A DNA stretch of 35,562 nt. It comes from a virus (taxonomy: Duplodnaviria; Caudoviricetes). Position numbers and translations under genes: made by a program. This document shows positions 8,136 through 16,545 of the stretch, in pieces (the stretch's first letter is position 1; each line of letters begins with the position of its first letter). The stretch is from IMG/VR virus record IMGVR_UViG_3300049856_000058, positions 1 through 35,562 of that record; one strand, given 5' to 3'. The notes under the pieces were generated by a model that was not told the origin of the DNA, searched no databases, and saw only the letters and a program-made list of their open reading frames with translations.

Positions 8136-9193
8136 TTGTGCATCCGGGCGCGGACTTCAGCGCCTTTGGCTAGGGCGGCTTTGACTGCGGAGGATTGGTC
8201 AGTGAGGCTGGAAGATGCCGGGTCCCATGCTCCGCTGTTGCCAATGGCGGACTTGACCTGCTTGGGGTCGAATACAGAGTAGTACCTTTCGGTCACAGGC
8301 CCGAGAACATCCCATGCGTCTCCATCTCCGTACTCCGCGCGCTCAATGATTACGCCGTCATACCCTTGGCGTTTCAAGTCGTACAGATCGGGCAACCCCG
8401 ATATGCCTGAGTCCGCGAAGTCCTCGGCCTTGTAGACATAAGGATTTTGTAGTTTCAAATGGGCCGGGATAATGTTCGGCGCCCTGCCGCGCCCCTGGCG
8501 GCTCGCCATGCCGGCATACCATGTCGCCCGATCAGGTGCGTCTGTAAACCACAAGCCTTCTTGCGGCACGTCAGAATCCGGAAAGTTTGATTCCCGCGCC
8601 GTATCGAACGAATCAAACTCTGACCCGGTACCGTGATACACGACCTTGGGCGCGCCTTGCTCATCCACCGCTTTAGAATCACCAAACCACCGCGCAAAGT
8701 TCGGGTCACCCGAAACGTCAATAGCGCCGCGCTGCCTCATTCTTGCCCCAGCCCTCGGCGCGTTCTGCACAGCCCTAGCGGCCCTTGGGAGAACCGGAAC
8801 AATCATCGGTGCAGCAGCGCCAAGCGTCTGCACGCCAGCCCCTGCAAGCGGCCCGTAGCGCGTCGCAACAGGGTCAGCGTTGCGACGCATGGCCTCTTGG
8901 TATCCCGCGCCCGCTTCCGCCAAAGCATTTTGGAATGCGATGCCTGAGTTCGTGCGCGGCTGGTACGTTCCACTCTCAACCAGCGAGTTGAATGCGGGCG
9001 CATAAGCCCGAGTGCTACCTGCCCGAAGTGCTCGGCCTGCTGCAACGGGTCCGGCGACAAACGCACTCGCTAATCCGCTAATTCCGCTAAGCGCATTCTC
9101 GCCAAGCCCAAGCAATGCGCCTTCGTCAGTCAGGCCGGTCAGAGCGTTTTGCCCCGAGCGCCTGAATGAGTTGAGGATGCTTGTGCGTGGCAT
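8132..9193 (-). CDS. ADP-ribosyltransferase-like (ART-PolyVal) protein with an ejection-protein-like N-terminus
   Basis: FARWFGDSKAVDEQGAPKVVYHGT...GLWFT...A..YA...LKLQNP...QGYDGVII...VFDPKQVKSAIGNSGAWD matches the ART domain of phage/plasmid polyvalent proteins. Confidence 0.78.
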   Translation of the reverse strand: MPRTSILNSFRRSGQNALTGLTDEGALLGLGENALSGISGLASAFVAGPVAAGRALRAGSTRAYAPAFNSLVESGTYQPRTNSGIAFQNALAEAGAGYQEAMRRNADPVATRYGPLAGAGVQTLGAAAPMIVPVLPRAARAVQNAPRAGARMRQRGAIDVSGDPNFARWFGDSKAVDEQGAPKVVYHGTGSEFDSFDTARESNFPDSDVPQEGLWFTDAPDRATWYAGMASRQGRGRAPNIIPAHLKLQNPYVYKAEDFADSGISGLPDLYDLKRQGYDGVIIERAEYGDGDAWDVLGPVTERYYSVFDPKQVKSAIGNSGAWDPASSSLTDQSSAVKAALAKGAEVRARMHK

Positions 9194-9195
9194 AG

Positions 9196-9627
9196 CTATT
9201 TCCCGCCTCCGCCCGTGAAGCCGCCAAGCGCCGTCCCGTCCTTGATCGACTGAAACAGCACGCTGGTCTGCGCCATCGATTCATCATGGACAATCGTCGC
9301 GCTCGCTACCTGCGTGCCGTTGTTCGCGAAGGTGACGGTCACAGCCTCTCCAGTGTGCGTTGTCGCTGTCAGCGTGATGTTGCCCGTAACGTCGTCACGC
9401 GCGCCGCTGATGACCTGAGTGGCAATGGCATCCACGCCCCGGAAGAACGTGACAGTGAGCGTCTGCGGGCTTGTGGTGAGCCATGTGGCCCCAGCGTCGT
9501 TGCTGATCCATGTGTATGAGTTTGGGACGGTTGCCGTGACAGCCGTAGCCGCCCGCTGCAATGCGCGCACCTGATCCCGAGGCAGGATGCCTTGAAGGAA
9601 TCGAGCGGACAGGCGCGGCGTGCTCAT
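9196..9627 (-). CDS. putative tail structural protein (P22 gp26 position)
   Basis: 143 aa, Thr-rich beta character, immediately after the gp10-like gene. Confidence 0.6.
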   Translation of the reverse strand: MSTPRLSARFLQGILPRDQVRALQRAATAVTATVPNSYTWISNDAGATWLTTSPQTLTVTFFRGVDAIATQVISGARDDVTGNITLTATTHTGEAVTVTFANNGTQVASATIVHDESMAQTSVLFQSIKDGTALGGFTGGGGK

Positions 9628-10997
9628 TGGTCATTTTTCTCGATGCTGGCATAGGCGGCGTACACCGCCCGCTTGTACGGATCTGCGATATCGAATCGCA
9701 CGTGCAGCTTGTCCCACTGCCCGAGCGCCCGCCAGTTCACCCGGCCATCACGCTCGCCAGTCTTCCCCATGCCCCGCTGCGCCCCGTTGCTCCACGTGGA
9801 ACCATTCCTCGATGTGCGCAGGCTGACGATGGGGTCAGTAGTGAGCGTGCCGGTAGCGGTATCCACGGCCAATTCGAGATCGTTTACGGTAAAACGATCA
9901 CGCCCGAACACAATCGGCGGGAATATCGCAGTGCCGATCAGAAAGTCGTCGTTCTCGGTGTTGGTATCGAGATCAAGCCGGCTGATGAAGCCGCTCTCAT
10001 AGTTGCCGACGTACCACGCGCCCCATATGTAGATGCTCCGCTGTGCTTTCCATCGATCTAGGCCATAGCTGATTCGGTCGTGCCATAGGCCCGTATTGGC
10101 GTCGTACACGAACGTACCCACATCGGTGTTGAGCGCGAAGAACTCGTGCCCCTCCATGATGTAGACCAGCATCTCTGCCGTGCTCAGGGTCGCGGAAGCC
10201 AACTGGTGCTCGATGGCCTCAGTGCTGATTCGCGTGGGCACGTAGCCCGCTGTGAGCCTGCGGACGATGCCGTTTTGATCGAGCCACACGGTTGTATTGT
10301 CGAGTTGCACAATGGCGTAGCGGCCCGCCAAGCCCTTCTCGCCCGTGGCTCCGGTGATGGCGTCGAAGGGGTATGCGGTTGCATCGGTGGTCTGGACGTA
10401 CTGCCAGCCCTCTAGCGTCGATGAACCGTAGATCAGCAGTTCGTTGTGATCCTTCGCCAAGCCAACGATGGCATCAGGCGAGGACTCAGCAGAGGCAGCC
10501 ATGAGCGGGTCGAAAGGCAACAGCCCACCAACGGCACCGATGAAGTGGAAATCGTCATTCGCGAACACAAACGTCTGGTTGATCCACTCAACCGAATGCG
10601 CGCCGGCATAGTTGGCGTCAGTCACCTGCGCGAATGTGCCAGTGCTCACCGTGTAGGTGTACGCATCCGGGTTTGTCACAATAACGATGATGTCGCCGTT
10701 GTTCCTGACCGATACCAAGCCCGTGCCCGGAACCGTCCCCAGAACTGCCGTAACACCCGCCTGCGTGACGCTGTAGAGGCTCGTTCCTGAAACCACATAC
10801 ATCGTCTGCAATACGGACGTGATGCCCCTACAGGCCCCCAGAAGGGATACGAAGGTAACGAGACCGGGCGCGCCGTGAGTGACAGACGTGCTCTCAGCGC
10901 CTTCGGGTGCCTTCTCAGCGAAAAGATTGATGAGCCGTTCGGCCGTCAGCGTAGTGCTACGCCCGCGCGCTGAGTTCAGCGCAATTTGCAGCTTCAT
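9624..10997 (-). CDS. tail hub / packaged DNA stabilisation protein (P22 gp10-like)
   Basis: Start MKLQIAL at an ATGA overlap with gp4. ERLINLFAE, AESSPDAIV, RISTEAIE, TFVYDANTGLWH and RVNWRALG motifs of the Phage_stabilise family. Confidence 0.88.
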   Translation of the reverse strand: MKLQIALNSARGRSTTLTAERLINLFAEKAPEGAESTSVTHGAPGLVTFVSLLGACRGITSVLQTMYVVSGTSLYSVTQAGVTAVLGTVPGTGLVSVRNNGDIIVIVTNPDAYTYTVSTGTFAQVTDANYAGAHSVEWINQTFVFANDDFHFIGAVGGLLPFDPLMAASAESSPDAIVGLAKDHNELLIYGSSTLEGWQYVQTTDATAYPFDAITGATGEKGLAGRYAIVQLDNTTVWLDQNGIVRRLTAGYVPTRISTEAIEHQLASATLSTAEMLVYIMEGHEFFALNTDVGTFVYDANTGLWHDRISYGLDRWKAQRSIYIWGAWYVGNYESGFISRLDLDTNTENDDFLIGTAIFPPIVFGRDRFTVNDLELAVDTATGTLTTDPIVSLRTSRNGSTWSNGAQRGMGKTGERDGRVNWRALGQWDKLHVRFDIADPYKRAVYAAYASIEKNDQ

Positions 10998-11413
10998 CCC
11001 TGGAATATCGTAGACGTGCCACGGTTTCGCGTACCGGGCCATCTGCTTGGCGTAAGCGCCTCATCAACACGCATCGACGGGCCGCTGTACCACTTCACGT
11101 ACAGGCCGGAGTACGCAATTGATGCGTTGCGCAAAAGCAGCGGAGACGGCGTTTTGCCGTAGTCATCACACAGCGCAAGCGACAGGTTCAGCCGGATCGC
11201 AGCGATGTCTTCCTCATCGAAGCCGACAGTATTGCCACCGTCAGCCGCTTCGATGTTGGAGTAGTCAATCTGCAAGCCCATGTTGCGCCAGCCCGAGACC
11301 ATCTCATTGAGACGCTCGATCCCTACAGCGTATTCATGCGCCTGCGGATTCTCGCCCGCCTGAGTCGTCCGTATGCCCCGCATCGCGCTGTTGATCAACT
11401 CGTTGTAGGTCAT
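10994..11413 (-). CDS. head-to-tail adaptor (P22 gp4-like)
   Basis: ELINSAMRGI...GENP...LNEMVSGW...AIRLNLSLALCDDYG pattern; precedes gp10. Confidence 0.85.
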   Translation of the reverse strand: MTYNELINSAMRGIRTTQAGENPQAHEYAVGIERLNEMVSGWRNMGLQIDYSNIEAADGGNTVGFDEEDIAAIRLNLSLALCDDYGKTPSPLLLRNASIAYSGLYVKWYSGPSMRVDEALTPSRWPGTRNRGTSTIFQG

Positions 11414-11609
11414 CGGTCACCTTCTTTGGCCGCCCTGGGCCGCGCTTGATCTGGACAATCTCCGCATGACTGAGTGCCTTCATCGCGCGTACTTCATCCG
11501 CCGTCGGCATTCGCGAACGTACCCAACCTAGCTTTTCGGATGCCTGCGCCTCGCTCTCAGAGTATGCGTGCGTGGCTCCATGATTCGGATGCGTCATGTA
11601 GATCATCAT
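11334..11609 (-). CDS. small protein with an AT-hook-like KRGPGRPKK motif
   Basis: IYMTHPNHG...GW.R N-terminus; common position after the capsid genes; 3' end overlaps gp4 by 80 nt. Confidence 0.6.
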   Translation of the reverse strand: MMIYMTHPNHGATHAYSESEAQASEKLGWVRSRMPTADEVRAMKALSHAEIVQIKRGPGRPKKVTDDLQRVDQQRDAGHTDDSGGRESAGA

Positions 11610-11618
11610 CGAGGGTAA

Positions 11619-11636
11619 GGGGGCATTGCTGCCCCC
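11619..11636 (-). terminator. GC stem-loop after the capsid/decoration genes (weak terminator or mRNA stabiliser)
   Basis: GGGGGCA-GCAA-TGCCCCC, 7-bp stem with a GNRA loop; no long U tract. Confidence 0.5.
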
Positions 11637-11642
11637 ACTCCG

Positions 11643-12137
11643 TTACGAGGTCGCGATGGGTGTCGCTGCCGTGCCGCTGTTCGAGAACACGCCTTCAAGC
11701 GCCCACTGAGTGGTGCTGATGGCAATGATCTTGAAACGGTCGCCTGTGAACCCGCCCGTGGTCGTGCCTGCCATCGATACCGCGCGATGCGTGGTGCCGT
11801 TGGCAAGGAACGCCTGACCAGTAGCTGCAGCGTTGTTCAGTGACGACACCGATCCGACAAGGAACTCCGTCGCAAGTCCAGTGATGAACTTGTACGTGCC
11901 CGATGCCCACGCGATGGTGGCCATGAACTCAAACTGCATACCGATGACCGGCGAAGGCAGCGTGTACACAGTGCCCGCAGCGCGATCAAACAGGCACAGA
12001 GCGCCTGATTCCTTCGCTGTAAGGGTCCGAGTAGCGACTGCCTCCCCGATGATCACGCGCGCTGCCGCGCTGTGCTGAGACAGATCGCTAGGGTTGTAGC
12101 TGAGCTGCTCGAAGTTCTGACGAACTGTTGATGCCAT
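11643..12137 (-). CDS. putative capsid decoration / minor capsid protein
   Basis: 164 aa directly after the coat gene with an AAGGAG RBS; RTLTAKESGA...YTLP...GMQFEF beta-rich domain. Confidence 0.6.
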   Translation of the reverse strand: MASTVRQNFEQLSYNPSDLSQHSAAARVIIGEAVATRTLTAKESGALCLFDRAAGTVYTLPSPVIGMQFEFMATIAWASGTYKFITGLATEFLVGSVSSLNNAAATGQAFLANGTTHRAVSMAGTTTGGFTGDRFKIIAISTTQWALEGVFSNSGTAATPIATS

Positions 12138-12149
12138 GTTGTGCGCTCC

Positions 12150-13388
12150 TTACATCGTGATACGGCACGCCCATTCGGGACGCAGCGCAGCAAAGCCATA
12201 GAGAATGTCGATCCGCATCAGCAGTTCGTCATTGCGAATATCACTGTCCTGCCACACGCGCAGGCTGATGCCATCCTGAACGCGGCGCACGCACTTGTCG
12301 CTCCCACCCATCAGCGGCAAGTCTGCCGTGACGAACTGGAATGCTTCCTTGTGGTACATCAGGTTCTGAACGTAGCTCGTCGATGCCGCACCGACAAAGG
12401 TGAGCGTCTGCGAGTTGAAGTCAGTAGTGAGCAACTGCGCACTGAGCGAACTGCACACGTTCTGACGCGGCCCGGTCAACACGATCTGCGGGGAGATCGA
12501 TGTCAGCGAAGCGCCGATGGCGGTGATCGTGAACTGCTTCAGCGTGCCGTAGGACTGCTTCGTCTCAGGATGGCAGTCGAACACACCAGCGATGGTGAAC
12601 ACCTGCCCGATGACCTGCACGGCTACGGCAACGGTCGCGCTGATGTCAACGACAAGCCCGTTGGTTGAAGACAATCCGCCGTCAGTCACCAGCGCAGCAG
12701 CACCAGTTGTGCCGGTTACGTCGGAGCCGTTGGTCATTGCCCACATACGGTCATTTTCGTACCAGTCGGCCATCGCCGTCCGGCCGAGCATGCCCTCGCG
12801 GTACTGCTCCTTGATCTGCGTGGAGTCTTGGAACAGACCCGACAGGCCGGAGACCATCGTCGCCATGTTCACGGAGTCGTATTGGATGTAACGATTACCG
12901 TCCTTCGGAGCAAGCCCACGGTTCAGCTTCGCCCGAGCAGCGCCGACAGCGGCGAGCGTAGACGGCGGAGTGCCCGCTGCTGCTGCGTTTGCGACTTGAT
13001 AGGTCGCCTTGGTGCAGAACGCGATGTAGTCCGCTTCGATGCCGGACATCAGCACGGCCATTGCCGGCTCGATCTTGCGCTTGCTCAGTTCGTCCAGCGA
13101 CAGCGACAGTTCAGCGCCGTTGAAGCGCATGCCGACGTGATCCTGAGTTGCCAGGGTGATCGTGCCTGCACGCTCTACGGCGTTTTGCACGTCCAGCACG
13201 CGGGAGCCTTGCGTGCGGGTGAACTGGTCTGGATACCGGACTCGCAGAGCGGAGCCGATCTTGCCGCCTTCGATGGCGAAGTTCTTGTCATATTGCAGGT
13301 CGGTTGTGCCGATGAAGGCGGTCTTCTCGTGCGCGATGCGTTGGCATTCGCGCGTGACCATATCAATGGTCAGGTTGGTATTAGCCAT
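12150..13388 (-). CDS. major capsid protein (P22 coat family)
   Basis: MANTNLTIDMVTRE, GGKIGSALRVRYP, FTIAGV...HPETKQSYG, YHKEAF and RIDILYG...LRPEWACRI motifs. Confidence 0.93.
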   Translation of the reverse strand: MANTNLTIDMVTRECQRIAHEKTAFIGTTDLQYDKNFAIEGGKIGSALRVRYPDQFTRTQGSRVLDVQNAVERAGTITLATQDHVGMRFNGAELSLSLDELSKRKIEPAMAVLMSGIEADYIAFCTKATYQVANAAAAGTPPSTLAAVGAARAKLNRGLAPKDGNRYIQYDSVNMATMVSGLSGLFQDSTQIKEQYREGMLGRTAMADWYENDRMWAMTNGSDVTGTTGAAALVTDGGLSSTNGLVVDISATVAVAVQVIGQVFTIAGVFDCHPETKQSYGTLKQFTITAIGASLTSISPQIVLTGPRQNVCSSLSAQLLTTDFNSQTLTFVGAASTSYVQNLMYHKEAFQFVTADLPLMGGSDKCVRRVQDGISLRVWQDSDIRNDELLMRIDILYGFAALRPEWACRITM

Positions 13389-13396
13389 TGCGGTTC

Positions 13397-14173
13397 CTAG
13401 TGTTTACCGCGCTGCGCTATCTGCGCTCTCCGCCATGTATTGAACTGTGCGTCCGTCATGGCTTCAGGCTCGACGCTTGCCGCGCTGCCCCCGCCCAAGG
13501 GTGTAATCGGTGCGGGTGGCTGATTTCGTTTTGGCTTCTCGACAGGCGTTAGCGCCGTGGAGAGCCGGCCCATTTCGTAGGCCGCCAGATGGGCAGGGAG
13601 TTGGGCGATGCGTGCAGCTTCTTCGCGATTCGACCCGAGATAGATCAGCACATCAGGCCCGTTCTCGACGGTTTTGATGACTGATGCCATTGCCGCAGAT
13701 ACCGGCAGGGTTGCATCGTTGACAAGCTCCAGCACTTCAGGCGCTTTGGCTGCGGTTTTCTGTACCCGGCTGTTGAACTCTGCCTGTTCGCGGGCGGCTG
13801 TTTCGGCCGCTGTCTCCGCTTGCCTGCGTTGTTCTACCTGAGTCAGTTTCTGGTCAACCTTCCAGTCTGTCAGCGCCTCGGTGTAGTCCTCGTAGGACTC
13901 AAACGATTCGAGTACAGGCTTGCCGGTCGGCTTCTCTGGCTCAGTTGGGCGCTGCTGTTCAAGCAACCCCATCAGTCGATCATTAAGCGCGGCTTCTCGC
14001 CTTTCCGCGTCCCGCCGTGCGGCGGTCAGTTCGTCGATGCGCTTTTGAAACCAGGGAGTTTTCTTAGGCTCCTCGACCTCTGGCGTTTCGACTATGGCTG
14101 GTGACGATTCAGCTTCTTGGGCGTCAATGGCGACCGTTTCAGGCAGGTCTGTGCCTTGGGATTCATCAGACAC
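13397..14173 (-). CDS. scaffolding protein
   Basis: Acidic N-terminus, FQKRIDELT coiled coil, FESYEDYTEALTDW, GPDVLIYLG, PPAPITP and a basic C-terminal helix; precedes the coat gene. Confidence 0.85.
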   Translation of the reverse strand: MSDESQGTDLPETVAIDAQEAESSPAIVETPEVEEPKKTPWFQKRIDELTAARRDAERREAALNDRLMGLLEQQRPTEPEKPTGKPVLESFESYEDYTEALTDWKVDQKLTQVEQRRQAETAAETAAREQAEFNSRVQKTAAKAPEVLELVNDATLPVSAAMASVIKTVENGPDVLIYLGSNREEAARIAQLPAHLAAYEMGRLSTALTPVEKPKRNQPPAPITPLGGGSAASVEPEAMTDAQFNTWRRAQIAQRGKH

Positions 14174-14182
14174 GCAGGTTTT

Positions 14183-14222
14183 ACCCCGAAATTTTGCCCG
14201 GTCATATGGGCCGGTACGGGGT
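14183..14222 (-). promoter_or_regulatory. structured leader in front of the scaffold gene
   Basis: ACCCCG (14183-14188) pairs with CGGGGT (14217-14222) and encloses a CCGG/CCGG inner stem; covers the only SD-like run. Confidence 0.5.
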
Positions 14223-14225
14223 CAG

Positions 14226-14248
14226 AGTGCTACAAACGCGCTACAGGC
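14226..14248 (-). promoter_or_regulatory. putative late promoter / activator site, copy 2
   Basis: AGTGCTACAAACGCGCTACAGGC, 21/23 identical to 25742-25764. Confidence 0.6.
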
Positions 14249-14256
14249 GCAATAGG

Positions 14257-15033
14257 CTAACTATTGGCAAGAACCAACGCCACAAACGTAACGTCTAGCT
14301 CCTCAATCTCGACCAACAGCGCCGAATGCTCAGCCTGTAGTTGGTCAAGTTCGCCACGTAGCGCCTCAATTCGGGCTTTGGCCTCGGCCGCCTGCGCTCT
14401 CAACGCCCTCAGCCGCTTTCTGGTAGCAGCCCGGTCAGCCTCGCGCATCACCCTGATGGTCTCGGCCGCTGCGGATTCCTGCCGCGCCTGAGCCTGCGCA
14501 ATGCTCGCCTGTAGTTCTTGAATGAACGCGAACGCGGCCCGCTCCTCAGTCTGTGCGTCCTGCGATTCCTCAACAATGTCAGCCGGCAGAATCCCGAGCC
14601 TCACCCGCTCGTCATGGATTTGCTTCCGGGTGCGCGTGCGATACCTGAACGGCCAGCCGCCCGAATAGGCGATTGCTTCAGCCTGTGCGCTGCCTTGGAT
14701 GCTCCAAACGTCATCAGCCTCGGTCCACGCAAGCGTTCCGTTGTTGGTCGCGGAAGTGACCGTGCCGGTGATCGCCCAGGTATCGTCTGCCTCTGTCCAG
14801 TTGATCGACGCAGAGGCGGTCAGAACGCCAGTAACGGCCCATGTGTCGTTGGCTTCGGTCCACGCGATAGACCCGGACGCGGTGAGTGCGCCCGTGATAG
14901 ACCAAGTGTCGTTTTCCTCTGTCCAGGCAAGCGAGCCTGTAACGCCCCCAGCATCCGCAGCATCAGGACGCAGCCGAACGCCATTGGTGCCGTCACCGGC
15001 ATCAGGACGTAAGAAAACGTCATTGGTCGCCAT
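14257..15033 (-). CDS. repeat-containing structural protein with a C-terminal coiled coil
   Basis: Four WTE..D.W...G repeats, then a helical region ending EELDVTFVALVLA. Confidence 0.75.
   Translation of the reverse strand: MATNDVFLRPDAGDGTNGVRLRPDAADAGGVTGSLAWTEENDTWSITGALTASGSIAWTEANDTWAVTGVLTASASINWTEADDTWAITGTVTSATNNGTLAWTEADDVWSIQGSAQAEAIAYSGGWPFRYRTRTRKQIHDERVRLGILPADIVEESQDAQTEERAAFAFIQELQASIAQAQARQESAAAETIRVMREADRAATRKRLRALRAQAAEAKARIEALRGELDQLQAEHSALLVEIEELDVTFVALVLANS
14697..14945 (-). repeat. four intragenic 21-24 aa repeats (S/T-L/I-A/N-WTE-x-N/D-D-T/V-W)
   Basis: WT codons at 14921, 14858, 14795 and 14723 (spacing 63, 63, 72 nt). Confidence 0.85.
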
Positions 15034-15608
15034 CAGCCACCCGGCTGGAAGGTCGTCGCCGTGTTGGTGTTGGGCGAGGTGCCGAACACGTCAGGTGCCC
15101 CGGATTTGTACTCGACAAAGTAGTACGGGCCGGCTTGGTTAGGGTAGGCGGTCCAGTCGCCGGAGCCATCGGAGACTGTAGACGCCACCAGTACGTCATC
15201 AACAGTGCGGAACACCTTCACGACACACGTACCCAAGGCAACGCCCGTAGCGTCCCTGCTGACGCCAACAATGCGAATGTTGGCCTGCCCTAGATCGCGG
15301 TCAAAGCCCTTGGTTTCGTCGTACAGCTCATCGATGAGCGCCGCAGGGTTCGGGCGCGATGTCTGATCTGGTGCCGTGTACATCTTGGACAGGTTGCGCA
15401 GGTTGACTGCTTGGTTCGGCATCACGCCCGTGCCCGGATTCAACGAGAAGCCAGAAGGACCGCCATAGTTCCATGCCTGCAACGGAAACCCCGGCCTGCC
15501 CATGTTCGGCGCAGGCACAACCGCAAACGCCTTCGTCGCCATAGCAAGCCACTGCGTTTCGATGATCGAACGCGCCGGGCCTGTTGGTCGGGGGAAGGCA
15601 ATGGGCAC
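15033..15608 (-). CDS. hypothetical structural protein with a C-terminal transthyretin/Cna-B-like domain
   Basis: IVGVSRDATGVALGTCVVKVFRT...STVSDGSGDW beta-sandwich pattern. Confidence 0.65.
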   Translation of the reverse strand: MPIAFPRPTGPARSIIETQWLAMATKAFAVVPAPNMGRPGFPLQAWNYGGPSGFSLNPGTGVMPNQAVNLRNLSKMYTAPDQTSRPNPAALIDELYDETKGFDRDLGQANIRIVGVSRDATGVALGTCVVKVFRTVDDVLVASTVSDGSGDWTAYPNQAGPYYFVEYKSGAPDVFGTSPNTNTATTFQPGG

Positions 15609-16159
15609 TAGTTGAGCACTTCCACGAGGAAGTTATGCACGGTCATCGAGCCTGTCGCAACGGTCTGCGTGAAGAACATATCCAATGCAGACGCAGCGGT
15701 ATTGTCCATACCCGCGCCAACAGCGGGAGTACCTACCGGCACCATCAACACACCATTGCCGCCGACAGTAGGCAGCGGCGCAGCAATGACAGCCTCAGAC
15801 GTGAACTTGCCAATGGGGAAGAATGTAGTGCTTGTGCCCGTACCTACCGCACGGCAGACGAGCGTTACATCCAATTCCCACGGCACCGTAGTCTTCGCCA
15901 CAATGTTCAGGTTCAGCGCCAGCGTGTCGAATACGACCGTCGTACCGGCAGAGCCCAAACAGATATCGAACCTCGCAGTCCCCGGCGTTGTGATCACGCA
16001 TGAGATTCTGCCGGATGCGTGAATCCGCATCGCCCGACCGATGTAAAAAAAGTTGTTCGGGAGAACGATGCGGTTAGCGGTCGGGATGCACGAAGCACGA
16101 GCCGCAGCGGTAAGGGTCGGGCCGTCTGTGGCACCAACGACAATGACTTCACGACTCAT
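15608..16159 (-). CDS. hypothetical beta-rich structural protein
   Basis: Start MSREVIVVG at an ATGA overlap; 183 aa. Confidence 0.7.
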   Translation of the reverse strand: MSREVIVVGATDGPTLTAAARASCIPTANRIVLPNNFFYIGRAMRIHASGRISCVITTPGTARFDICLGSAGTTVVFDTLALNLNIVAKTTVPWELDVTLVCRAVGTGTSTTFFPIGKFTSEAVIAAPLPTVGGNGVLMVPVGTPAVGAGMDNTAASALDMFFTQTVATGSMTVHNFLVEVLN

Positions 16160-16545
16160 GGGTTTCCGCCTGTGCCTGTAAATGCAGTGATCGCGCACGT
16201 CAGCCCGATGCTGATCGTGGTTGTGTTGAGTATCAGGTCAGTTCCTGAAGTACCGACAGAGCCGTCCACAACCGCCGTACCAGCAGCCGTAGCGATGCGG
16301 AACCACGTGGCCGTACCAGCAGCAAGCCCAACCGTGTTCGCCGGCAGCGTTGGCGAAAATGCCCCCGCCGCCGCAGCGGGCGCGAACGGGCTCGCCAGCG
16401 TGAACACGGCCAGCAGCGTGGTTGCCGCCCCTCCCGTTGCCGGTCTGGTGCCGTCATAGATTCGGAGCAGACCAAGGTTCCCGATCAGCGTTGTCAGCGC
16501 ATCAAGCTGCGTGTTCCGGGCAGCGACCGTGTAACCGACCGTCAC
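16156..16545 (-). CDS. small virion structural protein (fibre/spike base-like)
   Basis: ARNTQLDA...LRIYDGTRPATGG...GTATWFRI...DGSVGTSGTDLILN resembles a widespread phage virion family; GTGA overlap with the portal stop. Confidence 0.75.
   Translation of the reverse strand: MTVGYTVAARNTQLDALTTLIGNLGLLRIYDGTRPATGGAATTLLAVFTLASPFAPAAAAGAFSPTLPANTVGLAAGTATWFRIATAAGTAVVDGSVGTSGTDLILNTTTISIGLTCAITAFTGTGGNP

Noticed and set aside
10998-11042. Longer ORF-track starts for several genes (11042, 7638, 16198, 24628, 25662, 26114, 27026)
   Set aside because: Downstream starts give ATGA-type coupling or better RBS and family-typical N-termini.
14697-14945. Regularly spaced repeats as a CRISPR array or DGR target
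   Set aside because: The repeats are degenerate, in-frame protein repeats; no cas or reverse transcriptase gene is present.
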